64,000 nt of DNA from the human T2T-CHM13v2.0 reference genome, Homo sapiens, in NCBI RefSeq assembly GCF_009914755.1, contig NC_060936.1, one strand, 5' to 3'. Shown here piece by piece: positions 25,672 through 43,033 of the stretch; positions within the stretch are counted from its first letter, which is position 1; every line of letters begins with the position of its first letter. The position numbers and the translations under genes were made by a program. The notes beneath the pieces are model-generated. The model made no database searches. It saw only the letters and a program-made list of their open reading frames with translations, and was not told the DNA's origin.

Positions 25672-26514
25672 GAAGGTAAGGAAGATACATTTGAAATAAT
25701 GAATAATACAAGTTAGGAGGAAAAAGTGCTCTTTAATTATCCTTATTAAAAAATAATATTTTCTACTGTTAAGCAATATTTGTGAAATTATTAAATTAAA
25801 AAATCAGCAGGCTTCCCAGACAACTGAGGTTTTCTCACTTTTGATAGAGAAGAAAAGTGACGGCTTAATCATTGAGAGTACAGACATAGATCATACCCTG
25901 GAAACAAAAAGTTAGAAAGGTTAAAGGCATAAAGCGTTTTCAATATATCTGGCAGTCGTCTCCACATCAGATGAACACATCAGCCTTAACAACTAGAAAA
26001 ATAGGAGCCAGCTAAGAACATTCTCAAAGAGCTGAGGAGAATCTCCCTGGAGAAAGCAAAGTGAAAACAACAGACTTATTAGAAGTAATAACAGCTAATC
26101 AGTGTTCTGTGTTAGGTTGAGCATGAGCAGGAATCCATAACAGCAGAGAATTCAAGTAGGTTAGGGCATAGGTAGGATTGTGGAGATAAGAAAACTTTCC
26201 CACATAAGAATGAGTAAGTTTGGACACAAAGTCAGAGCAGAATGTGGGTAACAGCAGGTCAAACTAGAGTTTTGTTTTTTTTTTTTTTAAGATAGATTTG
26301 ACAAGCTAGGAAGGCAAAATCCTGGAAGAGACAAGTAGCACAGATTTTTAGAGAGAATAATAATAATAACAAATACCCTTAGCCAAAGGTTTAAAGTTCA
26401 AAGTGAACCATTTATTCAGCAGCAAGCATCTCAGTTCTAGATGGTCAACTCCATCACGGTAAATGGTAATTCAAAATTTAAAAATCAGATCATCTGACAT
26501 TAGCGATAACATAC

Positions 26515-29010
26515 ATTGATTCATTTATCCATGCACTCAGTAAGTATCATTTGGTAACATCTATGTGCCTATCACAGTGATAAACACCAGGCCTCTGATA
26601 AATGAAAGTCAAATGAAACAATATGTTCTTTGCTGTAGTGGAAATTGCATTATAGTGGAAGAGTTAGGTATTAAATAAATAATTATAAAATTGGGTTGTT
26701 AATTATAGTTTTGATCAGAGTAATAGAGATAAGGTAGAATTTTGTGAGCATAAATTGAAGAAGGAAGTTTCCTAGTTTGCAAAGTAGTAAAGAAGATACA
26801 ACCTCAAATATGAGACTGTTAGCCAAGTAAACATTTGGAGAAACAGCGCTCCTGACAAGGAGCGTAAGTTTCATAATTTGGAAAAGAATAGGGAGATTGC
26901 CAGTGTGGCTGGAATGTGGTGAAGGAGGGGGAAAGAGAACAAGATGAGGCTAGAGGGTTGGTTAGGGGCCAACTGGATGTTTTATGCCATATTGAAGATT
27001 TAAAATATTAATCGTAGTGGGAAAACACATTTTGAGTCCAGTTGGTATGATGACATCCACATTTTTAAAAGACACTTTGAGGTATTCTGATACAATATTT
27101 GGTGTGAATTAGCAAGCAGGAGTGTGAATACGGGGAAATCATTTATAAGGCTATTTCAGGAGTCTAAGCAAGAGATAGATTATGAGGGCTCGAACTTGGT
27201 TATTGACAATGAAGATCAAAAAAAAAAGTAGATGGAAGATGGATACAATATATAATTAGGGGATAGAAAAAGGAATTGTAGCTGTAGGCATCAAACATGA
27301 GCAGATGGTGTAGGATGATGCCATTTACTAGAAAAGGAAGAACTGAAGGAAGACCAGATTTTGGGAAAATATTGAGAGTTCAGTTATCTCAGAATGAAAT
27401 AACCAAGTAGAAATATTAAGTGGATGTGTCTACAGTTAGGAAAAGATATCTTGGTTGGAGACAGAGTTTGAGTTCATCAGTATATACATATTCTATAAAA
27501 GATGACATCTATAACAGGAAGACAGAAGGAAATCCAAGTTTAGAAAAAGAAAAATGAGTTGTGTATTGCCTGAATTTGAGATGTTTGTATGACACCCAGG
27601 TGTAAATATTAAGTATGAGGTAACTTCAGTATGGTCATGAAAAATGGACTTAAAGGTAGAAAAAATATAAACTTTATTTCTCAACACAAGTTCATCAATG
27701 ACAAGACACTTTTGTAAGCAATGATACCAGCCATTTAGTCCATCTCTAAAGAACTAAGAGTCCTGGGAATTTAATCGTGCCAGTGCAGTCTTTTTTACAT
27801 TATTAACTGAAGAAAAATGAGTGCCCTTTACAGACTTTTAAGATTAGGAAACAAAAATAAATCAGAAGGAGCCAAATCAGGACCGTAAGATGTATGTCTG
27901 ATGATTTCCCATCAAAACCCTCCCCAAATTATGCTTGTTTGATGAGAAGGATGAACAAAAAAAGCAGTGGCATGGTGAAAGACTCTATGGTGAAGATTTC
28001 CCAGACACTTTTCTGCTAAAGCTTTGCCTATCTTTTCAAAACACTCTCATAAAAAGCAGATATTATCATTCTTGGCACTCCTGAAAGTCAGTAAGCAAAA
28101 TGCCTTGAGCATGCCAGAAACTGTTGCCATGAACTTTGCTCTTGGCCAGTCTGTTTTGCTTTGACTAGACCACTTCCACCTTGCTTTGATTATCTTTGTC
28201 TTTGTCTTCAGTATTTTACTAGTAAAGCCATGTTTCGAATCCTGTCAAAATTGTTTGGAGAAATGCTTTAGAGTCTTGATCCCACTTGTTTAAAATTTCC
28301 ATTGAAAGCTCTGCTGTTATCTGCAGCTGACCTGGGTGCAAAGGTTTGGGTACCTGAGTGGAAATTTTGCTCAACTTTAATTTTTCAGTCAGAATTGTGT
28401 AAGCTGAACCAATTGATGTATCTATCATGTTGGCTACTGTTTCTTCTGTTAATTGTAGATCTCTTCAGTTAGGGCATGAACAAGATGAATGTTTTCCTCA
28501 CAAATTGATGTGGATGTTGTGTCACTGCAGGCTTTATCTTCAACATTGTCTCATCCCTTCTTAAAATGAGTTATTCATTTGTAAACTGCCCGTTTGTGGG
28601 GAGGCATTGTCCCTGTAAACTTTTTGAAGAGCATCAGTGATTTCACCATTCTTCCACCCAAGCTTTACCATGAATTTAATGTTTAATTTTGCTTTAATTT
28701 TAGCAGAATTCAAGTTGCTCTGATAGGGTCTCTTTTCAAACTGATGTTTTATCCTTCTTAGTGTCTCAAACTAGATCTTGCTTAGACATGTTTTAACAAG
28801 CTAGTACAACTTTATTTTGATGCAAAAATAATTGAAACCCATGCTTAGATTTTCACAATATGCATTTTTGAAGACCCCCTTGTATGTAATTTGGCTAAGG
28901 GTCTGAATTTCAGAAAAGAAATTTTGGCTAGACATATAAGTTTGAATTTATTATATATGATCTTTCAAGTTACAAGAGTAGATGAGAATATCTAGGGAGA
29001 GAACATGAAG
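26515..29010 (-). mobile_element. L2 LINE 3' portion (copy 2), interrupted by Hsmar2
   Basis: 'attcatttatccatgcactcagtaagtat...ctatgtgcc' and 'gccagtgtggctggaatgtggtgaagg'. Resumes after the mariner with 'gtctgaatttcagaaaagaaattttggctagac'. Confidence 0.75.
27616..28882 (-). mobile_element. Hsmar2 mariner transposon, essentially full length, transposase pseudogenised
   Basis: TA at 27614-27615 and 28883-28884. Degenerate TIRs 'tgaggtaacttcagtatggtcatgaaaaatg' and 'catttttgaagacccccttg'. ORF 28219-28428 (SIGSAYTILTEKLKLSK..VPKPL..EILNKWDQD..TGFETWLY) spans the mariner WVP linker and first catalytic TGDETW region. Start codon is mutated to TTG (28713-28711). Confidence 0.95.
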
Positions 29011-29110
29011 GAGAAGAGGAGAGGGGAAGAGGGAAGAGGAGAGGAATGATGAGAAGGATACAGGAAGGGAGGAGAGGAGAAGGAAGGGGAAGGAGAAGAT
29101 AGGGGAGATA
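29010..29110 (+). repeat. GA-rich polypurine low-complexity tract
   Basis: 'gagaagaggagaggggaagagggaagaggagagg...aggaaggggaaggagaag'. Confidence 0.8.
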
Positions 29111-30019
29111 ACTTTTGGACCATAGATCTTTGAGGGAATATAAAGTGCATCCACTTTAAAGGCATTAAGCTGATCTTAATACCTGATCACTTACACGACA
29201 ACAAGCTATGATTCACTTACAATTACCTACCAAGGGTTACTGCATGGTGGAGGTAAAGGAGTGGTTGAGTGTGCTCACTAGGCTAATTTATCTAGTTCCA
29301 AACTTTACTGCTACTAATTGCTCTAGAGACTACTGAATGCGGTAATGTGACTCTCATTAAATGAATAAAATAATTCCAAGTGACTTGCACTTCTAGACTT
29401 TTTTCTGGAAGTTACATAGAACAAAAGACAGATCAGGTAAAAGCAGTGATTAGGTTGTGGGCTTTGAAATTTCCATCTATTCCTTTGAATATAACAGTAA
29501 TAATATTGAAGTAGGAAAGGAGTAACATTTATAAATGTTAATAAAATTCAAAACAAATGTTGACAAGATATGTGTACATAAACAGTTCACAAGCCACCTG
29601 CCATTTTACAAATGCTAGTCATTTTATTTAATAATTCCATAAAATTTTATTTCAGGTACTATTGCCATTTCGCAGTTGTTGTTTTGAAAACCCTTCAAGA
29701 GACTGTATGTTTGAAAAGAAGGTTGGGAAACCAGTTTAATATTCCACTGGTACAAGAGCAGATGGTTGCCTAACCCCGTATTAGACTGAGGGATTGCAGT
29801 CACATGCCTCTGTTAATAACAGGATGGGTTGATGGATAGAGGGGAGGGTAAGATTTAAGATGCATCAAGAGAGCAGGGCTTAGGGTAGGAAAGGCAAATT
29901 TTAATGGATTCAGGTTATAGGGTCTTCAGAATTTTATCTCAGGGTAACTGGAGCACAGTGGACTGGCTATTTTTACCATTTTAAGAGCTCTTTATATTTT
30001 TTTAATGTATAGGCCAAAT

Positions 30020-32245
30020 TTCTCTCCAGCATCACATTCTTTTGGCCTAAAGAAATAATTTTAATATTACTTGTAAATCAGGTGCATTGGAAATGCATTA
30101 TCTCAGTCTTTTTTTTCTTAATCTGAAAACTGTCTTTATTTTGCCTGCATTTTTGAAAGATTTTCACTGCGTATCAGATTATGGATTGACAGTTGTCTTT
30201 ATTGTTACTGTCGTTTCCTTCTTCAAAGATATCACTGCTGTGTCTTCTGGTGTACACAGTTACTGACAAAAAAGTCTGACTTTTTAATGTTTGTTCCTTG
30301 GTGCACAATACAATTTTCCATATTCTCACTGCCTTTAACATATTTTTAATTTTTATTTTCGTCAGTGTGACTGTGATGTATCTATGTGTTGTATTTGTTT
30401 ATTCTGGTATTTATAATATTTGAGGTTCTCTGAGCTTCTTGGATATGCGGTTTAGTGTATTTTCTTCTTTTTGGAACATTTTCAATAACTATCATCTCAA
30501 AATTTCTTCTACCCCCTTTTCCCTCTTTTCTTCTGGACTTTTGCACGACTGATATTTACCATCTGATATTGTTCCAGAGTCCTTGGAAGCTCTGCACTAT
30601 GTTTTTCTCCCCATCATTTTTCCTTTTATGTGTCAATTTGGGTGATTTCTATTAGGCTATCCTTAAGTTCATTGAATGTTTCCTGAGCTGTATCAAGTGT
30701 ACTGGTTGGTCTATCAAAGAAATTCTTAATTTCTAATATTATCTTCTTAAAAAAAAGTCTAGTACTTCCATTTGACTGTTACTTAAAGTTTCCATCTTCC
30801 TGCTTAAATTCTCACTTTGTTAAGGAAGGTTTCCCACTGTGCCCTTTATATCTGTTAGCATTTTAATCGCTGATATTTTAAATTCTCTATCTGATAGTTT
30901 CAATATCTGAGCTATCTGTGAGTTTGGTTTAGTTGGTTACTTTGCTTTTGAAAATAGTTTGCTGTGTGTGTGTATGTGTGTGTATCTCATAAATTTGAAT
31001 GCTAAACATTGTGTATGGAACAGTAGAGGCTGAGGTCAATGGTATTTATACCTGAAAATGAGCAGTCCCCTTCTATTGGGTTGTTAGTGTGTGGAAGGAG
31101 ATCTGAATTTTTAGTTTTTTCTTACCCTGGCTATCTTCAATGGGACACAGGCTTCAAATTTCTCTAGCGTGGCCTGATGCTTAGAGAGAAGGCTGGGTTG
31201 CTGTTGCTTGTTTGTTTTCTTTCCTATTTTTTAAATCAATGTTGTAATCTGCTCCCAGCTCTCCGCTGACTCTATGTGCCCTTTGCACAGATGATATCTC
31301 TCTCCATGTTCTTTACTGCACTCCAGAGGTAGAATGCTGTTGCTTGATACTCAGTGCTAGGTTATATCGGAGTGCAAGGATAACAGGCTCTCTATTCTGC
31401 TCTAATCTCAGCCTTAAAGAGCTCCTGTGTGTCTATGCTTCAAGAGTGCGGGTTTTTCAGCATTTCTGCCCCTCCTCCCCATGAAGGCCAAGCTACCTTA
31501 TATATGCAACTGGTCTTGGCAGAGAGTTTCCCGCCAATCCTTTAGCAGTAAGAGATTTCAACTTGCTATTTGGTATTGCTATAGAAGCCTAGATCCAGTC
31601 CTCCCCCAGAGAGAAGTGTGGTTTTATTTGTTTGTTTGTTTTTACCATTCCCCCAGCTGTAATGTGTCTCTTTGTTCTGTGGTTATGAGACCTTACCCAC
31701 CCGCTAATGTCATAAAGTGTTTCTTTTGTAAGAAAGGAGAGTTCAGGGAAGTGCATGGCATCACATGTCTATTCCTCCACAGTTCCCAATCATTTCCCAC
31801 CCAAATGGACCACCAGTGGGGGCTCTCTGGTCTCCTTCCCTAACGCCAATCTTCTTTATGAGCACTTGAAAAATATCCTTGGAGCCTGCAAGTGATTAAA
31901 GCTTTTCTTTTTGTCAGATGTCCTGAGCTATTTCAGATTGACATGGTAGCCCATATGGCCTCTGCAGATCTTTAAAATTTTAGCTCATTAAGTCTCAATC
32001 ACACACATATTGTCCCTAGTGTGGCACTTCTTTCTCCCATACTCCACCACTAATGAGACAGTTTGTGTGCCCTGCTTTTCCTTGGAGGAACTTGTCCCTT
32101 TTTGACTTATGGGTTACATGATTACCTTGTAGTCTGAGCTCTCTGACAAACAATAAAATCATTATTTTCTAGTTTATTCAGTTTTTTCATAGTTATGGTA
32201 GAAGCAATATTCTTTGCAGCTTTCTACATCCTAAATGAAGGCTAG
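30020..32245 (-). mobile_element. Ancient L1M (L1MC/L1MD-like) ORF1 plus 5' region
   Basis: Antisense ORF1 motifs 'tctgaaaactgtctttattttgcctgcatttttgaaagattttcactg' and 'gaggttctctgagcttcttggatatg'. 5' terminus like 'gcagctttctacatcct'. Confidence 0.7.
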
Positions 32246-33540
32246 TTATAGAACTTTTTTGACTATCAGTCATATTGATGTAGAGCAGCCACACTATACC
32301 AAGCACAGGAACGGTACAGAATAGTGATAATTCATACAAAATAATCACTGATTCTATACCTGGAGAGGACCCTAAAGGATGGATACTTACCTTGGGCTGG
32401 GATCGAGAAGCATAAAATCCCTGGAAATGAAATAACATATATTCCCTCCTCTATAGCTCTTCATTCCTTTCTATTTCACCTCCTCACTTCTGACATATAC
32501 TTGCAAGAAAAGGGGGTGTCCACATCATATAAATGGTTCCCTCAATTATTATTATTATAATTATTATTATTTTTATACCCCTCCTCTTTTTATCCCCATC
32601 CCTACATGGTGAGTAGTTCTCTAGTCTAGAGAGTATGGACCAGAGACTTGATCACCAACAGAGCTAACATGGTAGACATTTCCAAAGAGCTAGCATAAGG
32701 AGGGCGAAAGGTGGCTCTAGCCTTGTCTAAAAGCTAGTGCTACCCTCTTCTTACATTTAAGATTTCTGCTGCACCAAAGGCCAAAGCCTCTCATTTTCAA
32801 GGACTCTGGAATAGTACTGCAAGTGCTCTAAATGTAGAGTGATTAGAAGATCTTAGTTAATTAAGACAGATACAGGTTAGGAGTGGACTTCATTAGATCC
32901 TTCTCAGAGCCTGTCAGAACCTCAAAATTATTTTCTGTTCTTATGTTTCTTCAAGTGGAATCTATAATTCTTATCCTACTTTGTTAAGCCATTGTACTGT
33001 TTAAATTACTGTTGTGTATTTTTAGGTAACTACCTTGTAAACCTATTCAACCATAGGAAAAAGGCACATTTGGGGTTAATTTTAAATATAATTACCTTTA
33101 ACATTTTCTTTTATCTCTTAATGTCTTTTAATATTATTGTCATCCAGGAGGGATGGGAATTTAAATAGGATGGTTCAAAGCATATTTATAGCTAACTTGC
33201 ATGCCTGTGATGAAGCAAATTTAACCACAATGATTTTCCAAATTCTTTGTTTACTTAGACAGTATAACTGCCTTTGATAGTTTCTTAATTTTCTTCCCTC
33301 AACTGTCAATGGTAAAAGTACAGATCTTTTGGAATAAGCATTCCCTGGGTGTTCTTTTAGATTCAGTCATTGTTCAGTTGACCAAAGAGAACTTACTATA
33401 GCTCAACTTTTGCCTATCCATACTGGAACATTAGTTAAAATTTTGAGTTGACTGTGTTAAAATCAAAATTTAAAAACACTATGTTTTGGGGTTAGTTACG
33501 GTTAATTATCTTTAAATCTCTCAAGTCATTGAATTGTGAG

Positions 33541-33952
33541 CTGAGATGTGCTGGTAAATGTGTAACAACTGACTCTCCCAGGGAAAAGAGAAAACCCTAA
33601 TGTGCAGCATTTGCTGATTTTGGTCATATAAATATTTCCACCATGGTTGATTCCAAGCTACCAACATGATGTCATCGAACATCATATAATTGGGAAGAAG
33701 TACTCAATAGCACACTATTATACAGAATTTCCACCATACAGATAAAATAGGTGTAAATAATCTCTATAGCATTAATAATATTAAAATGTATAGGAATGAT
33801 TTAGAGTATTTAGCATTTTAAAAATATAATTTAAAGCTTATCATTTAATTATTAATGATGACTGTGATTTTTTTAAACAACCAGCTTGCAAAATTCCTGA
33901 AATTAAAATAGGCTCTTCCATATTGTGACAGGCTGATCTCAACAAACCACTG
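33541..33952 (-). mobile_element. MER63 (hAT-Blackjack) non-autonomous element
   Basis: 'gatgtgctggtaaatgtgtaacaactgactct...ccaccatggttgattccaagctacca...aaacaaccagcttgcaaaattcctgaaa...aaccactg'. Confidence 0.8.
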
Positions 33953-34801
33953 GTTCTAAGCCTTTGAGGACAAGAGCTTTTAAATTCCAACCACCAGATT
34001 GGGTTTTGACTCACAGCCCACATCAGTGAATATTTGCGAAAGAAAGAGCTCAAGTCAAGGTTAGCCAATAAAAACAAACGAACAAATAAACAAACAAACA
34101 AAAACCTAGGTATTATTCTTTGAATTCATACATCTGCATGGTCCAAACTGGTTTTTCTTTCACTTCCATTCCCTTGTTTTTCTCTGTGCATGTAATTTAG
34201 ATTATTTTTCAAACATAATTATTACTGGATCATATAGTGGTCACTCTAGTCAAGAATTTTGCATCTGACGATTTTTCACCAAGAAGGCAGTCTAGATCAT
34301 GTGTTATTCACATAAATTAGGAATTTTATTACCTACTTTAAATCAATTATTTCTAATTGAAATATTGTGTATTTCTATATAAAGTAACACTTTGTTCAGA
34401 AAGATCCCTACAACCATTCCCTAGAACTAAAATATTAGTTGTATTTTCAAGATATTTTTATGACTTCCTCTTTAATTTCATAGGACAGATGTCTGTGATA
34501 AAATCTTTTCCAGGAAATTACAGCTGCTAGTTTCAAGATAAAACTCCTTATGAAGAAGCAAAGTTGATTGATTACCTTATGCAATAACTCCACAAAATGA
34601 ATGTTTTACAAAATAACTTGCTGGTACATTAATATCCTTCTCTGGGGGTTAGTTTGGGGCAGGAAATAAAATGTGTCCCAAAGTATGCATATCAAAAGGA
34701 ACTTATACAAAATCATCTTATTAAATGAATCAACAAATTTTATATCTTGAACCTATAGTCAAGTAAGAATGGAAAGAATATATATATATAAAACATTTAT
34801 T

Positions 34802-35146
<345 letters not shown>

Positions 35147-36004
35147 CTATATATTTGGAGAATTTTACAACTCTACAGATTGTTTTTAATAAAAATCAGG
35201 TGACACTAATCTCTATTGTTAGTCGTCAGGATAGTGGCTATCTTTGGGGCTGGTAGAGGATGGATCAGTGTGCATTATTAGTGTGAACAATATATACTTG
35301 TATGCTGTAATCATGGTATGGTTATTTTAAAAAATATATGCAAAAGTTTTTAGATAAGTACCTTTTTAATGATAATGAGGCTGAAAGTCCATAAATGAAG
35401 CCTGTATTTTAAATCAAGTATTGTAGCGAATTTTGTTTGGGGCATTTATTCATTCATGCATTCCTATAATAAGCCCTCTTTTATATTCTTCAGCTTTGTT
35501 GAGGTATACTTGACAAATAAAAATTTTATGTATTAAAGGTGTATATGAGTCACAAAGTGATGTTTTGATATCTATATACAAATTGCTAAATGATTTCCAC
35601 AATAAAGTTTGTTAACATAGCCATCATCTCACATAGCTACCTTTTGTCCTTTTTGTGCTGACAATACTTAAGATCTACTTTCTAAGAGAATTTCAAGTGT
35701 ATAATATGGCATTATTAACTATAGTCACCATGTTTTACGTGAGGTCTCTAGAACTTATTCATCTTACAACTGCCACGTTTGTACCCTTTGACCAACATCT
35801 CCCCATTTCCACCACACCCTAACATCTAGTACCTAACCTTCTATTCTGTTTCTATGAGATTGATTTTTTTTTTTTTTAGATTTCACATATAAGTGAGATT
35901 ACATAGTATTTATCTTTCTGTGTATGACACTTCAGTTAGCATAATGTTCTCCAGGTTCATCCTAGTTGTTGCAAATGACAGGATTTCCTTCCTTTTAAAA
36001 ATTG

Positions 36005-36290
36005 AGCTGGAATAGTGGCTCATGCCTATAATTTCAGACCTTTGGGAGGCTAAGACTGCAGGATTGCTTGAGGGCAAGAGTTTGAAACCAGCTAGGCAAC
36101 ATAGTAAGACCTCATATCTACCAAATATAAATAAATAAATAAAGTAGCTAGGCATGGTGGTACATGACTGCTGAGGCAGGAAGATCACTTGACCCCAGAA
36201 GTTTGAGGTTACAATCAGCTACAACCATGGCACTGTACTCCAGCCTGGGTGACAGAATGAAAGCCTGTCTCTAAAAATAAATAACAAATA
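36005..36290 (+). mobile_element. AluJ inserted in L1MA
   Basis: AluJ-type 'ggattgcttgagggcaagagtttgaaacc...gtttgaggttacaatcagct'. TSD TAAAAATTGA on both sides. Confidence 0.9.
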
Positions 36291-38247
36291 AAAATTGATT
36301 AATATTTAATTGCGTGTACATCAAATTTCTTTATCCGTTCATTCATCAATGGACACTTAGGTTGTGTTCATTACTTGGTTATTGAGAATAATGCTGCAGT
36401 GAACATGGAAGTACAGATATTTCTTCAAGACAGTGATTAAATTTTCTTTGGATATACACCCTGAAATCGGATTGCTTGATAATATGGTCATTCTGTTTTT
36501 AATTTTTTTAGTATCATCCATAATGTATTACATAACCCTTTGCTGGTATTTTATACAGGCAACACAATATGCCTTTTGAAAACACTGAGTTGAGGATATT
36601 TGCATCTATGTTTATCAGAATTGGCCTGTAATTTTCTTTTCTTGTAGTGTGTTTATCTGGCTTTGGTATAAGGATAAAGCTGGCCTCATTAAAATGAGTT
36701 TGAAAATGTTCACTTCTCTATAATTTTTCAAGCTGTTTGAGAAAGATTGGTGTAAATTCTTTTCTAAATGTTTGGTAGAATTCACCAGTAAAGTCATCCA
36801 TTTCTGGGCTTTTTTTGATAGAAGATTTTTGATAACTGATTAGATTGCCTTACTTGTATTTGTCTGTTTAGATTTTCTATTTCATAATTCAATCTTGATA
36901 GGTTGTATGCTTCTAGGAATTTATTGATTTCTTCTAGATTATCCAATTTGTTTGGATATAATTGTTCATAGTAGCCTCTTAGAATCCTTTGTGTTTTGTA
37001 ATATCACCTGTTATATCCTTTTTCATTTCTCATTTTATTTGAGTCTTTTCTCCTTTTTCCTTCGTCTCACTGAAGGTTTGTTAACTTTATCTTTTCAAAA
37101 AAAAAAAAAACTCTTAGTGTCATTGACATTTTCTATTGTTTTTCCATTTTCTATTTCACTTATTTCTGCTCTGATTTTGTTATTTTGTTTCTTCTACTAA
37201 TTTTAGTCTTAGTTTGTTCTTCTTTTTCTCATTCCTTGAGATGTAATGTTAGGTTGTTTATGTGAGATCTTTCTTTTTTTTTTAATGTAGACATTTATTG
37301 CCATAACTGTCTCCTTAGAACTGCTTTTGCTGCATCCCTTAAATTTCGGTATGTTGTGTTTTCATTTTTGTTTGTCTTAAGATATTTTCAAAGTTATCTT
37401 TTGATTTCTTTGACTCATTGGTTATTCAGGAGCATATTGTTTAATTTCCACATGTTTGTGAATTTTCCAGTCTTTCTGTTATTATTGACTTCTAGATTTG
37501 ATTATAAAAGATACTTAATATGATTTCAAGCTTCTTAAATTTGCTAAGACTGATTTTGTGGCCCAATGTTTGATCTATCCTAGAGAATGCTGTGTGTACA
37601 CTTGAGAAGAATATGTATTCTGCTGCTGTTGGATGGAATGTTCTGTGTATGTCTTGTGTTCACTTTGTCTATAGGTTATTTAAGAAACCTATAGACAATG
37701 TTTCTGTTTATGTCTGCTGTTTTCTTACTGATTTTCTGTCTGGATGATTTATCCATTGTTGAAAATGGGGTATTGAAGCCCCTAATACTATTGTATTTGT
37801 GTTGATTTCTCCCATCAGTTCTGTTAATATTTGTTTTATATATTTAGCTGCTATAGTATTGGGTGCATATATATTTACAATGGTTATATCTTGATGAATT
37901 CACTCTTTTATCATGATATAATGACCTTTGTCTCTTACGACAGTATTTTACTTAAAGTCTATTTTGTAAAAGACCATTTTGTATATTGAGGGTTCCATTT
38001 GCATGGAATATCTTCTTACATCCCTTCACTTTGTATGTGCCCTTAAAGCTCTAGTGAGTCTCTTGTAGGTAGCATCTAGTTAGGTCTTATTTTTCTGTTC
38101 ATTTGTCTGTTTTAATCCATTAAGCTACTCTGTATCTTTTGTTGAGAGAATTTAATCCATTTGCATTCAAGGTAATTATTTTAGGTAAGGACTTAATACT
38201 GCCAGTTTGTTAATTTTTTTTTTTTTTTTGGTTGTTTTGAAAATCAA

Positions 38248-38440
38248 TTCCTTCCTTCCTTCCATCCTTTTTCCTTCCTTCCATCCTTTCTTTCTTTCTC
38301 TTTCTTTCCTTTCTTTCTTTCTTTCTTCCTTCCTTCCTTCCTTCCTTCCTTCCTTTCTTTCTCTTTCTTTTTTTCTTTCTTTCTTTCCTTCTTTCTTTCT
38401 TTCTTTTTCTTTCTGCCTTCCCCTCCTTTCTTTTCATTTT
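38248..38440 (+). repeat. (TTCC)n/(TTTC)n polypyrimidine microsatellite
   Basis: About 190 bp of almost only C/T. Confidence 0.95.
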
Positions 38441-38699
38441 TTGCTGTCTCCATTTTTGACACAATAATTTCAGTTTTTTCTTATTTGCTTCTAAAAAGAA
38501 AAAAAAAAACAGGATTCATGTGCAGAACATGCAGATTTGTTACATAAGTATACATGTGTCATGGTGGTTTGCTACACCTATTGACCCATCCTCTAAGTTC
38601 CCTCCCCTCAACCCCCAACCCACAACAGGCCAGGGTATGTGTTGTTCCCCTCTTTGTGTCCACGTGTTCTCAATGTTCAACTCCTTCTTATGAGTGAGA

Positions 38700-42970
<4,271 letters not shown>

Positions 42971-43033
42971 CATGATGCTATTTGGCTATTTTGCACACTA
43001 GTTGATGTAATTTCTTTGTAGTGTCATTGGTCT

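Larger units (their letters stand above)
35478..38473 (-). mobile_element. L1MA8/9-like LINE: 3' UTR plus ORF2 N-terminal part, internally deleted
   Basis: 3' end 'cagctttgttgaggtatacttgacaaataaaaatt...ttgtaccctttgaccaacatctcccc'. Jumps at ~36520-36590 to antisense ORF2 text 'tttggtagaattcaccagtaaag...gagaagaatatgtattctgctgctgttggatggaatg'. Confidence 0.85.

Noticed and set aside
26847-26864. Short hairpin cgctcct-gaca-aggagcg
   Set aside because: A 7-bp stem inside L2; expected by chance.
28219-28428. Possible domesticated transposase
   Set aside because: Start codon lost, catalytic Asp replaced and frame broken; an ordinary Hsmar2 fossil.
38207-38467. K/R/E-rich and F/S/L-rich ORFs
   Set aside because: Arise from the (TTCC/TTTC)n tract.
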